64,000 nt of DNA from an uncultured Chloroflexia bacterium (GCA_963724295.1 CAVRUC010000007.1:128001-192000); one strand, 5' to 3'. Numbered from the stretch's first letter, positions 11,722 through 23,240 are shown. The notes: generated by a model from the sequence alone, not told the origin. Translations and numbers: made by a program.

Positions 11722-12829
11722 ATGCGGCTGATGCCGAGAATCGTGCTGTTCCCTGGTGACGGCGTTGGACCGGAGGTGGTGGCTGAGGCGATCAAAGTCC
11801 TCGCCGCTGTCGAACGCCGCTTCGGTTATCGGTTCGAGATCGAATCACACGCCATCGGCGGTGACGCTCTCGATCGATTCGGGATTCCGCTGCGAACGGA
11901 GGACATCGAATCGGCCCGTCGCGCCGACGCGGCGCTCCTGGGCGCGGTAGGCGGCCCAAAATGGGACGCCGTCGAGCCGTCACTTCGCCCCGAGCGGGGA
12001 CTCTTGCAGATCAGAAAAGAGCTCGGGCTCTTCGCGAACCTGCGTCCAGTCAGTGTGCTTTCCGCTCTGGCCGCGTCATCGCCGCTCAGGCCGGAGATCG
12101 TGGCTAACGTCGATCTTCTCGTCGTGCGAGAGCTTACGGGTGGGATCTATTTCGGTGAGCCGTCGCGCCGCTGGACAGACGATCATGGCCGCGCCGCCGT
12201 CGACACTTTGATCTACCGGGAGCACGAGATCGAGCGCATCGTGCGGCTCGCCTTCGAGCTTGCCGGATCCCGGCGCGGGCGCCTGGCCAGCGTCGACAAG
12301 TCGAACGTCCTGCAGTCATCTCGGCTTTGGCGTGAGATCGTGATCGAGGTCGCCACGGAATTCCCGCATGTGCAGCTGCAGCATGTTCTGGTTGATGCGA
12401 TGGCCATGCACCTGATCAAGAGCCCCGGCGAGTTCGACGTGATCGTGACGGAAAACATGTTCGGCGACATCCTCACCGATGAGGCGTCGGTGATCCCCGG
12501 CTCGATCGGCCTCCTGCCGTCGGCCAGCCTCAGCGACAGGACGGGGACCGCGCCCGGTACGCGGTTCGGCCTTTACGAGCCGATCCACGGCAGTGCTCCT
12601 GACATTGCGGGGCGGGGAAAAGCGAACCCGGCGGGAGCGATTCTCTCCGCCGCGCTGATGCTGCGGTGGTCATTCGCACTCGGCGACCGCCGCTGGCGCC
12701 ATTGAACGAGCCGTCCTCGACACGATCGGGGCGGGCGTGCGGACGCCAGACATTGCCCAGGATGGAAGTAGTCCGGTGAGCACGAGCGAGTTTGGCAATG
12801 AAGTAGCGCGTCGCGTCGAAGCGCTCTAG
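11722..12829 (+). CDS. leuB: 3-isopropylmalate dehydrogenase (one frameshift at about 12686)
   Basis: PGDGVGPEV, LLGAVGGPKWD, VRELTGGIYFG, ENMFGDILTDEA, YEPIHGSAPDIAG. The C-terminus AAGAIERAVLDTIGAGVRTPDIAQ...STSEFGNEVARRVEAL* is in another frame, ending at 12829. Confidence 0.94.
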
Positions 12830-12841
12830 CGTACAGCGGAC

Positions 12842-13516
12842 TCAACCGCCAAACGGGATTGCGGCGTAGGTCACAAGCTCCGGATACGCTTCATCCGGGT
12901 CGAGCGTCACGATCTCGGCTTCCGCGATGGCGAGCTCGCCGAATACCTCGTTTCTCCAGGGTGCAAGTACCGATTGCGCATCATCATGCGGCGTCGTTCC
13001 GTCGTAGTGAGCAATCGTGCAGTGTGGCAGATAGGAATACGACGGGACCGTCGGCAAGGCCGCCAGGTCGAACAACCGGTCGTGAAGCCGGGTGAGTGGG
13101 CCACTTCTCCGCACCTCGAGGAACGCGGCATCCTGAAACGAGTTCGCGCCGCCGAGTGTGACCGAGAAGGCGCGCGTGCTGGAGATTGGCTCGACGACCG
13201 TCTGCGCGAACTCTTCCAGCCGGGCTGGGCTGATCTCGTCTCGGTGACGTGGGGTCTCGGCCACAAAACCGAGCTCCTGAAGCATGATGTGGAGGAAATG
13301 ATCCGGGTGCAGCCGAACGCCATCGAGCTCTGCCAGGTTCCGGCGTAAGACCGACAGATTCGGCCCTAGAGCCTCGGCGGGAACGCGAATGATACACGCC
13401 GCATACGGATCGCTATGCGCGCGCCAGTGCGCCGTATCGTGCCGCCCGTCAATCGTCGACTCGCTCCGTTGGAACGCCTCCCAGACACGTTGGAAGGTGA
13501 TAGACAAGCGGTCCAC
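12842..13516 (-). CDS. 2H phosphoesterase / 2'-5' RNA ligase family protein
   Basis: Two His motifs, LHIML and PHCTI, with typical 2H spacing. Confidence 0.75.
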   Translation of the reverse strand: MDRLSITFQRVWEAFQRSESTIDGRHDTAHWRAHSDPYAACIIRVPAEALGPNLSVLRRNLAELDGVRLHPDHFLHIMLQELGFVAETPRHRDEISPARLEEFAQTVVEPISSTRAFSVTLGGANSFQDAAFLEVRRSGPLTRLHDRLFDLAALPTVPSYSYLPHCTIAHYDGTTPHDDAQSVLAPWRNEVFGELAIAEAEIVTLDPDEAYPELVTYAAIPFGG

Positions 13517-13540
13517 GAGTCGCGGAGCCTCGTTCCCGCG

Positions 13541-14014
13541 CTATCGTTCGATGCGAACGACGCGCAGGCGCGTCTCGCCGTGTGGCGCCACGGCTACCGT
13601 CTCCTCTCCGGGTCGCAGGCCTAGCAGAGCCCGTCCGACGGGAGACTCGTTAGAAATGAGCCCCTGGGCCGGTTTCGCTTCGATCGCGCCCACGATGGTG
13701 TAGCGCTCTTCCTCGCCTTCGACGTCGACCACGACGGTCGAGCCGATGCGAACCTCGTCGCCGGCCGTCTCGTCGTCGTCCTCGATGATCACGGCCTGAC
13801 GAAGCAGGGCATCCAGGTCGGCGATTCGCTTCTCGGTCATCGCCTGGTCGTGTTTTGCCGCGTCGTACCCGGCGTTCTCTCGCAGGTCACCGTGGGATCG
13901 TGCCTCAGCAAGCGCCGCGACGACGGCTGGCCGGCGCACTTCCTTTAGCTCTTTGAGTTCCGAGCGCAACCGCTCGAGACCCTCACGGGTTACGGGAACC
14001 TGTCTTGTCGTCAT
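13541..14014 (-). CDS. greA: Transcription elongation factor GreA
   Basis: ARSHGDLRENAGYDAAK, YTIVG..EA, ISNESPVGRALLG. Confidence 0.96.
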   Translation of the reverse strand: MTTRQVPVTREGLERLRSELKELKEVRRPAVVAALAEARSHGDLRENAGYDAAKHDQAMTEKRIADLDALLRQAVIIEDDDETAGDEVRIGSTVVVDVEGEEERYTIVGAIEAKPAQGLISNESPVGRALLGLRPGEETVAVAPHGETRLRVVRIER

Positions 14015-14077
14015 CAGAAGACTCCGAACTGAAACGCGCTCTGCGCGTCTGGATCAATCGACAACCGCGCCGGTAGA

Positions 14078-14527
14078 CTAGCGCACCTCCATCGTGCACT
14101 CGATCTCGACCGGGATCTGATCTGGCAGGGCCACGAACCCCACCGCGGACCTGGTATGCCTACCCGCGTCACCGAACACTTCGATGAATAGATCAGAGCA
14201 ACCGTTGATCACTTGCGGCTGCTGCTCGAAGTCGGGCGTGCAGTTGACCATGCCGAGCACTTTCACGACCCGGGCAACGCGGTCCAGATCGCCGAGGGCT
14301 GCTCTTGCCGTCGCCAGGATTTGCAGTCCAACCTCTCGCGCGGCTTCGTAACCCTCCTCGACGGACATCGTGCTACCGAGTTTGCCTCGCTGCGTCTCAT
14401 CGCCGGGTCCGGTACCGGAGATAAAAAGGAGATTGCCGGTTTGCACCCACCTGACGTAGCTCGCGATCGGCTGCACCGGCGCCGGAAGCTCGATTCCCAG
14501 GTCCTTGATGGTCTGTTCAGCTCCCAC
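14078..14527 (-). CDS. RidA/YjgF/UK114 family protein
   Basis: GNLLFISG, RVVKVLGMVN, VINGCSDL..EVFG..GRHTRSAVG, PVEIE. Confidence 0.9.
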   Translation of the reverse strand: MGAEQTIKDLGIELPAPVQPIASYVRWVQTGNLLFISGTGPGDETQRGKLGSTMSVEEGYEAAREVGLQILATARAALGDLDRVARVVKVLGMVNCTPDFEQQPQVINGCSDLFIEVFGDAGRHTRSAVGFVALPDQIPVEIECTMEVR

Positions 14528-14574
14528 GAATCACTCACCTCACTCGTGTGTCTTGATTCCCTTTTGCCGTCCAC

Positions 14575-15780
14575 TCACGTGGGTCTGAGTCCTAGAACCT
14601 GCCCAATACGATCCGCGGCGGCTTCAAGAAGCTCATCGCTCGTCGCGAACGACAGACGAACGTGCCCTTCACCCGCGGCGCCGAACGCGACGCCAGGGGT
14701 CACAGCGACGTGGGCTTCCTGCAAAAAGAGTTCCGCGGCCTGGGTCGAGGTCATGCCGGTTCCCCGAATATCGGCGAAGGCGTAAAACGCCCCTTCGACC
14801 AACGGACACGTGATGCCATTGACCGCATTCAGCCGTTCGGCCAGGTTGCGGCGCCGCCGATCCCAAGCTGAGACCATCTGGCCGATGAACTCCTGGGGCC
14901 CTGTAAGTGCGACGACGCCGGCCTTTTGCACGAACGAGGTCGCACAGGTCACAGAGTGGCTGTGCACCTTTTCAATCTGCTCGAGGTAGGGCCGCGGGCC
15001 AGCCACATAGCCTAAGCGCCAGCCGGTCATGGCATAGGCCTTCGAGAGACCGTTGAAAACGAGCGTCCGCTCGGCCATGCCGGGCAGCGTCGCGATACTG
15101 GTGTGTCGCTGCCCGTCATAGAGGATCTTCTCGTACATCTCGTCGGAGAAAACGAGGAGATCGTGTTCCTGGGCAAACGCCGCGACGGCGTCCAACTCCG
15201 AGTCGTCGAGAACGCGACCTGTAGGATTGTTGGGCGAGTTGATCAACAGGATGCGCGAGCCCCGCGTCCACGCGGCGGAGAGAGTTTCGGCAGTGAGCCT
15301 CCAGTTGTCATCCGGATCGAGCGGTACCGGGACAACGGTGCCGCCTGCCAGTTCCACCATGGGGCCGTACGAGACCCATGCTGGTTCCGGGATCATCACG
15401 CCGACCCCGGCTTCGACAAAGGCGAGCGTCGCTTCGAACAGCGCCTGTTTTCCACCAGGGGTGACGATGACGCCGCCGTTCGGGTCAACCTCGATCCCAT
15501 TATCGGAATGCAGCTTGTCGGCGATCGCTTTTCGCAGGCTGGGAATACCGGCACTTGCTACATAGTGGGTGTCCCCGGCGTTCATCGCCTCGGTCGCGGC
15601 TGCCCGGATGTGCTCGGGAGTTATGAAATCCGGATCGCCGCCGCCGAGATCGATGACGTCGATGCCCTGGGATTTCAACTGCCGGGCGCGGTCGGAGACC
15701 GCCAGTGTCGGCGACGGTGCGAGATCGCGGACACGACTGGCGACGAAATCAGCGGCCGCGCGTTGCGTTTGCAATGACAC
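14575..15780 (-). CDS. PLP-dependent aminotransferase class I/II (aspartate aminotransferase-like)
   Basis: GDPDF, TPGGKQAL, NSPNNPTG, SDEMYE, NGLSKAYAMTGWRLGY, HVRLSFA. Confidence 0.93.
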   Translation of the reverse strand: MSLQTQRAAADFVASRVRDLAPSPTLAVSDRARQLKSQGIDVIDLGGGDPDFITPEHIRAAATEAMNAGDTHYVASAGIPSLRKAIADKLHSDNGIEVDPNGGVIVTPGGKQALFEATLAFVEAGVGVMIPEPAWVSYGPMVELAGGTVVPVPLDPDDNWRLTAETLSAAWTRGSRILLINSPNNPTGRVLDDSELDAVAAFAQEHDLLVFSDEMYEKILYDGQRHTSIATLPGMAERTLVFNGLSKAYAMTGWRLGYVAGPRPYLEQIEKVHSHSVTCATSFVQKAGVVALTGPQEFIGQMVSAWDRRRRNLAERLNAVNGITCPLVEGAFYAFADIRGTGMTSTQAAELFLQEAHVAVTPGVAFGAAGEGHVRLSFATSDELLEAAADRIGQVLGLRPT

Positions 15781-15932
15781 GGGAAGTCCTCCCCGGTGGA
15801 TTCGACGGGAACGCCGCAGCGCTACTGCCGGAGGTAGGGATCTCGTCGGCGCGGCACGATTCTATCATGAGGCACTCCGCGTGCCACACGGTTTCCGTCT
15901 CAGTCACTCGCACACCCAGCAATCGGACCTGG

Positions 15933-15959
15933 TTAGCACTCACCCTTGCAGAGTGCTAA
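15933..15959 (+). promoter_or_regulatory. CIRCE element (HrcA operator) overlapping the groESL promoter
   Basis: Perfect TTAGCACTC-N9-GAGTGCTAA. The right arm overlaps an extended -10 (TG-C-TAAACT). Confidence 0.96.
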
Positions 15960-16045
15960 ACTGACTGGTACTCTACCGGGCGCGAACAGGGCCACCCTCG
16001 AGTGGGGGTGTGCGATGCGAATGAGCAAAAGGAGGAGAAGGAGAC

Positions 16046-18057
<2,012 letters not shown>

Positions 18058-18091
18058 TCCGGCCTACGGCCAAGAGTTCGGCAATAGAGCA

Positions 18092-18119
18092 AAGAGGGCG
18101 ACCGAAAGGTCGCCCTCTT
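18092..18119. terminator. Hairpin terminator between convergent groEL and the metallophosphoesterase gene
   Basis: AAGAGGGCGACC-gaaa-GGTCGCCCTCTT, perfect 12-bp stem. Confidence 0.8.
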
Positions 18120-18148
18120 CGCATTTCCTCGCTCTTTCGGATGAAGTA

Positions 18149-19484
18149 TCAGTCGCCTGCGGGCGGCTCGCAGGTCAATTGATCCAGCACCAGTACACAC
18201 GTGAGAACAGCGGCGCCTTGCTTGTCGCGCTGGGTGACGATCCATCCAACCTGATCAGGCTCGATCGTCATGAAACCGAACGCCGAGAGTGTCTCGGCTT
18301 CCGTGATCGCAAGGTCGTCTAGCTCGCCGGCGGTTGGGCTCGCCGTCGGGACCTCGTCGAGCGCGGTGCCGGCGTTGCCGGAGACCAGCTGCGGGGGTCG
18401 TTTGGACGTCTCGTCGAACGCAATCGACTCCGCGACGTGGATGTGCCCGGACACCACGAGCCCATACTCGGCACTGAGAGTACCCCCGGTGGCCGCTTCG
18501 AATGCCGCGTTTTCGACCTGGAACTCGCCCTCTTTGCCTGCCAGGATTCCCCACACCGGACGGTGGGTCACTAACCATGACCCGGCGGGAGTTATTTCGT
18601 CGAGCAGGTCAAACTGGCGTGCGTACTCCGCGGCCTCCTGCGGGGTATCCGACGTGTCTGCCGCCTCCGCGGAGTCGATAATGGCGAACGAGACGCCAGG
18701 CAACGTCGTGACGTAGGGCTCGGTAAACCGCTGACAGGTCGCTTGGTACCGCCGCGGGTCGAGGAAGATAAACCACCCGACCGGATTGCGATCGCACGTC
18801 TCGTGATTGCCGCGCATGAATAGCCAGGGCGCAGCGCCGAGGGCCGATCCTGCCGGCGCGAAGAAATCGGCGTCCCAGGTGGCCCAGTTGTCGCCGTGCG
18901 GGTTGCCCTGGCAGCCCGCCATTCCTTCTGGGCACTGGACTCTCTCGGTAGAGATAATCGCCGACGTGAACGATCAGATCCGGGTCCCAGTCCGCAACCG
19001 CCCGGGCTATCTGGGCGAAAGGCCAGGCCTCGGGATCATTGCAGGCCTGATACTTCTTCTCCCAGGCGTTGACACGGCAACCGGTGTCGCCGATCACCGC
19101 GATGCGGCGGATTGGACCTTCGGGGAGCGGCAGAACCTGGTCCAGTACCGATGCCGTCTCCGTACCGAAGGGCACAGTTGCCTCGCACGCGACGACCGGG
19201 AAGGCATCGGAAGCAGCAGCCCGCCGCGACATGCCGATGTCGAAGCCGTCGACGGCAAGTGCCGGGCATTCCCCAGCCACAATGACGCGCGCGATCAGTC
19301 TTCCGTCCGGGCCGAACTGGAGCCAGGCGGGGGGCAACGAAGCGGTGGGTTCGGTCGGCGGCGAAGACGCGACTGGGGTACCGAGTTGCGCCGAAACGGT
19401 GGGCACGACGGACAGCATCGCCAGGAGGAGCAACACGACTGATCCGAGTGCGACTGGTCGCGCCGGACGAAATGTCGAGTCCAC
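18149..19484 (-). CDS. Secreted calcineurin-like metallophosphoesterase (one +1 frameshift at about 18935)
   Basis: Signal peptide (..VVLLLLAMLSVVPTVSAQ), GDTGC and HVGDYLYRE in one frame; RGNHE, THRP and SGHIH in the next. GTG start at 19484 after GGAGG. Confidence 0.85.
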
Positions 19485-19576
19485 GACAAGTGGCCCCTCC
19501 GGGACGGCTTTCGAGGCATCGCTTCCGAAGCATGTGTGGCCTGCCCAAGGCAGATGGTGGCGAGCTTGCTGACGAC

Positions 19577-19870
19577 CTAGTCTACGTCGATGTCCACGCC
19601 GTCCCTGGCGGCGCCGAACATCGGCGTGAGGATCGTCGGATAGACGCGCCGGCCATACTGCTCGATGATGATCGCCTGGGTGGGACACGCGCGCGCGCCG
19701 GCGAACAGCTGCTCGACCGTCGCGTCATCGGGGTTCTCGATCACAGCCACGCCGGTTTCCTCATCGAGTGCGTAGACACCCGGTGCGGCCGCCGTGCACT
19801 TGGCGTTGGCGATGCACCGCTTTGGATCGATGTAGATGCGGGTCGATCCCTTCGTGACGTCCATAACCAT
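19577..19870 (-). CDS. Single-cluster ferredoxin ([3Fe-4S]/[4Fe-4S], Fer4_13/15-like)
   Basis: RIYIDPKRCIANAKCTAAAPGVY...ARACPTQAI. Confidence 0.85.
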   Translation of the reverse strand: MVMDVTKGSTRIYIDPKRCIANAKCTAAAPGVYALDEETGVAVIENPDDATVEQLFAGARACPTQAIIIEQYGRRVYPTILTPMFGAARDGVDIDVD

Positions 19871-20117
19871 GCTTAGCTGGCCCTTACCGCTCGACGTACT
19901 ACTAACGGAGAACTGCTAGTGATGGGCTCCAGAGTACCCGGTGTCACAACGGCGCGCACCCGACCATACTCCGGCAGCGGCCCGTACTTTTAATCGCAGA
20001 AGTCTGACTAACCCCATCGCATGTCAGAGGAAGCCGACTCCAGCAGCGGTCAGGTGGCACCGGCCGCCTCGATCGACAGCCGGAGGCCGAAAACGTCATT
20101 GTCCTTTTGAGCCACAG

Positions 20118-20150
20118 GAAACCGGGGCGGCAGTTGGCCGCCCCGGTTTC
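20118..20150. terminator. Hairpin terminator downstream of the Cys-rich peptide gene
   Basis: GAAACCGGGGCGGC-agttg-GCCGCCCCGGTTTC, perfect 14-bp stem. Confidence 0.7.
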
Positions 20151-20210
20151 GCGAATGTTCGCTGGCAGGTTACAGCCGCGCCGCAGGTCGGCCGCCCCAG
20201 CCAGACCCAA

Positions 20211-20582
20211 TCAGGGGATCAGTTGGCACTGCAAAATATTCTGATTGCATTCGTAGAGCTGGCAGCAGTCGGTGTCATCGAAGCAGGAGGCTTTATTTTG
20301 GCCGCAGCAACGCGTCCCCGAGAACCCGGGAATGGGCTTACAAACGATCTCTCTCTTACGATTATTGGAGTAGCCGCAACATTTCTTCTTCTGATCGCAT
20401 GAGCCTCTGCGCACAATGCAGTGGTTCTCAGTGCCGACCTCCCGCGCAAGTGCGGAATTCTCCAACCCAAGGGCGGTGAAGACTGCGGCGACAGTGCTAT
20501 GGCCGGCGGTTTTCAACGCGCCGCGTCGCGACCGGGGTGCAGCCAAGCGTCGCGCAATATTGTCAAAACTTCGATCGTCCAT
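20211..20582 (-). CDS. Tat-exported Cys-rich peptide (123 aa) with two tandem C-C-CC-C-C frameworks
   Basis: ATG at 20582 after GGAGG; SRRGALK twin-arginine motif, hydrophobic stretch and ALA cleavage site; 12 Cys in the mature part. Confidence 0.8.
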   Translation of the reverse strand: MDDRSFDNIARRLAAPRSRRGALKTAGHSTVAAVFTALGLENSALAREVGTENHCIVRRGSCDQKKKCCGYSNNRKREIVCKPIPGFSGTRCCGQNKASCFDDTDCCQLYECNQNILQCQLIP

Positions 20583-21059
20583 GATTGGCCCCTCCAATGT
20601 GCGCGAGCGGTCCCTACGGCATGGCCGCTCATCCGATCCCTCACGGTTGGTGCGACGACCTGTCGCCAACACGATGCTACACGGTTGACAATTGAACTGT
20701 CATGCCGATCGTAATTCGTTGTCAGCCGATCGACTAGACATCGGCGGTGCGTAGCCGCTGGCCGGTCATAGCGACAATCGGACTCCACGACGAACGTCCG
20801 GGCCGTCGGCACGCGTGACCGGGCGAGCATACGGCGCGGGGAATCGCGTTCGATTCCGCCGATAACCGAGCAAAAAGGACATCCCCGGCGGACGGCCAAA
20901 ACCCCAAAGCTGATTGTCACTGCTGGCTCGATCGTGCCGACCGCACGGTGCCACGAATGTCCCGCTGACGCCCAACATCACAAAGTGAATTTAGGACTAA
21001 TGGACAGAGCAAGTTCCGTCGCTAACGCAGCTCATGGCAATCTCGAATTTGGCATTTAG

Positions 21060-21371
21060 TGGCAGCAGGACTATGAGGCGCAGGATCGCAATCTCGCGTT
21101 CTGCGACCACTTCGGCGCACCGCTCGATCCGAGTTACCTGACGGCGACGTTCAAGACAGCGCTACGGCGCGCCGAACTACCAGAGGTCCGCTTTCACGAT
21201 CTTCGGCGCACGGCGGCGACGTTGCTGCTCTCGCAAGGCGTCCACGTCAAGCTCGTCTCCGAAATGCTCGGACACTCGACAATCACGCTTACACTCGATA
21301 CGTATTCGCACCTGATTCCGGCAATGCATGGCGACGCCGCAGCTGCCATGGATGCAGTCCTGACTGCCTAA
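21060..21371 (+). pseudogene. Tyrosine recombinase/integrase C-terminal remnant
   Basis: Stop-bounded frame with no N-terminal domains: FCDHFGAPLDPSYL..FKTALRRAELPEVRFHDLRRTAATLLLSQGVHVKLVSEMLGHSTITLTLDTYSHLIPAM (HxxR, GH, catalytic Y). Confidence 0.9.
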
Positions 21372-21380
21372 GCCCGATGC

Positions 21381-22900
21381 TCATCGGTCCGGTGTCGGCG
21401 GCAAGAGTCCGAGTTGCCAGAGCAGTCGTTGATCCGGTACAGACATCGGAGTTCGTCCAGGCTGCAGATTCTCCTCTGGAACGTCAGGAACCAAGCGTTG
21501 AACCGGCGTTGCGACCATGAGCTGATTGAGCAATTGGATCGAGTATGCAAGCAGCCGCTCGACGAACTCGCCAGGATGAATGTGAAGTTCGTAGCCAGGA
21601 TGAGGTTCGGCGACGCCCCACGCTTCGCGGCCGCCTAGCGCATCCAGCGACGCGAGGATTGTCTGCCGCTCAGTCTCAGGTATCGCCATGAAAGATCCGA
21701 GAGCATGATCGCCGACCACCAGCACAACGCCGCCTGCGGATAACGCCTCTCCATGAATGTAGTTGCGGAGCTTCGAGAGGATCTGCTTTAAATGCCAGCC
21801 GGCGCTTGGCTCAGAAACGAAGTCCGCAAGCGTTTCAGATCTCCGCCTCAACGCGCGTACCCATCGTTCCCGCTGCCAGCCGGCGTTTGTAACGGGACCT
21901 GCCAGATCAAAGAGGATGGGCACGAGCCGAGCAACGCAGTCAAATGCCGCCATCATCCAAACGAGAATCATCTCGAACTCATCTAGTCCATCCGCCTGTG
22001 AATTAAAATATTCTGACTGACGGAGGTTACAGCGAGTAATCGGTCGCGAGACTGAAGAACCTGCGCCATTCGATGTCGCACTGCCGTTTTGAGGAGGCGA
22101 AGCGTGTTATCGTCGGTGGATCGAGCATGAGCTTCGCAGGCCGTATTCCATCGCCAGGCATCCACAAGGACTAGCTCAGCGGCTTCCCAGTAAAAGAAGT
22201 TGCGATCTCGCGCAAGCTCATCAAATCTATGCTCCGGTGCGCCAAGTGCAGGTGTCCGAGCGAGCACGAATCGATGCTGCCGCCGGAGGTACAGGCCGAT
22301 AATCGGAAGCGCAATGTCTAGCGGAACTGCGGTCACACGCGACCAGGGATCCGGTTCGAGCGAGAGTGGCAGTTCCCGGTCCGTGATGTAAAGATCGGCC
22401 CGAATCGCAGGCGCAGTGAGCATCGCGTTTGCATCAGCCAGTTGTCGCCGCTCGGCATTGCCTCTAAGAAAATAAGTGTCAGGCGGAGCGGCGTCGACTA
22501 TCCGCGTGAAACAGTTTTGATCCCAAACGACGTTGCGCACATTCGGTATACCGCCGCTGAACCAGGAAACAGTGCGCAATCGATCATTTGGTCCGTCTCG
22601 GATGACCGCCCAACCTCTGAAGGCGCGAATGCCGGTCTCGATGTCGGTCGCTTCGACCGCCACTGTGTCCGGACCGGCGTCGGCATAAAGACTCGCTTGA
22701 ATCGGCTCATCTGCAAGCAGTTCAAACTCGTAGCGCGCTCTCGGATCGCGCGAGCACCGATCACGAAGGTTGGCGTCCACCATGATGACCATTGCTCTAT
22801 GAGCCTTCGTCCAGGCAAACAAGCTCAGGCTCGGAATCGCAACCTCGGACTTGATCGGATCACCGCGCAAACTCGGAAATCGCCAAGGCCACCAGTCCAT
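21381..22900 (-). CDS. Hypothetical protein split by one frameshift (about 21985-22020); PIN-like N-terminus, helical C-terminus with RNxxH
   Basis: ORFs 21983..22936 and 21381..21971 lie in overlapping open frames and read as one gene. Probable ATG at 22900. Confidence 0.6.
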
Positions 22901-23071
22901 CGTGCCGTCTTTCCGATTGCGAGGCGTTTTCGGCAATGACGATCGCCGGAGCGGCGCTCCAAAGCGGCGCTCAAGTGAAGTTTTGCTGTCATTTCTGCTG
23001 TCAGAGCGAATAGCGTCTCATAGTTCGTGGCAACGCAAGTGCCTGATATCCGCGTGGTTATCAGCCATTGA

Positions 23072-23159
23072 TGGTGCGGACGGCGGGATTCGAACCCGCA
23101 CGAGGGTCGCCCCTCAGCGGTTTTTAAGACCGCGGCGTCTGCCATTCCGCCACGCCCGC
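23072..23159 (-). tRNA. tRNA-Leu(TAA)
   Basis: GCGGGCG acceptor stem, GCGGT-CTTAAAA-ACCGC anticodon arm, long variable arm, GGTTCGAATCC, CCA end. Confidence 0.96.
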
Positions 23160-23240
23160 GCTGGCAGATCCTCGACCGAGAGCATACCGTGTGTCCCGAT
23201 TCGAGTACACGAAAACACCCGGGCAAGGCCCGGGTGACAC

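Larger units (their letters stand above)
21060..23071. mobile_element. Decayed integrative element remnant at the 3' end of tRNA-Leu(TAA)
   Basis: Integrase fragment, atypical AT-richer cargo gene, and a TGCTGTCA direct repeat about 70 nt from the tRNA 3' end. No second att copy seen; the left boundary is uncertain. Confidence 0.6.

Noticed and set aside
15960..16020. Second CIRCE (CTGGTACTC...)
   Set aside because: Only a degenerate left half-site; no matching GAGTGCTAA arm at 9-nt spacing.
19941..20402. 153-aa plus-strand ORF and 88-aa minus-strand ORF near the Cys-rich gene
   Set aside because: No family signal; they overlap a terminator or the better-supported minus-strand gene.
20645..20860. 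Possible second att copy or tRNA fragment (TGGTGCG at about 20648; GTTCGATTCC at about 20848)
   Set aside because: Matches are only 7-10 nt and have no tRNA stems; insufficient to call an att site.
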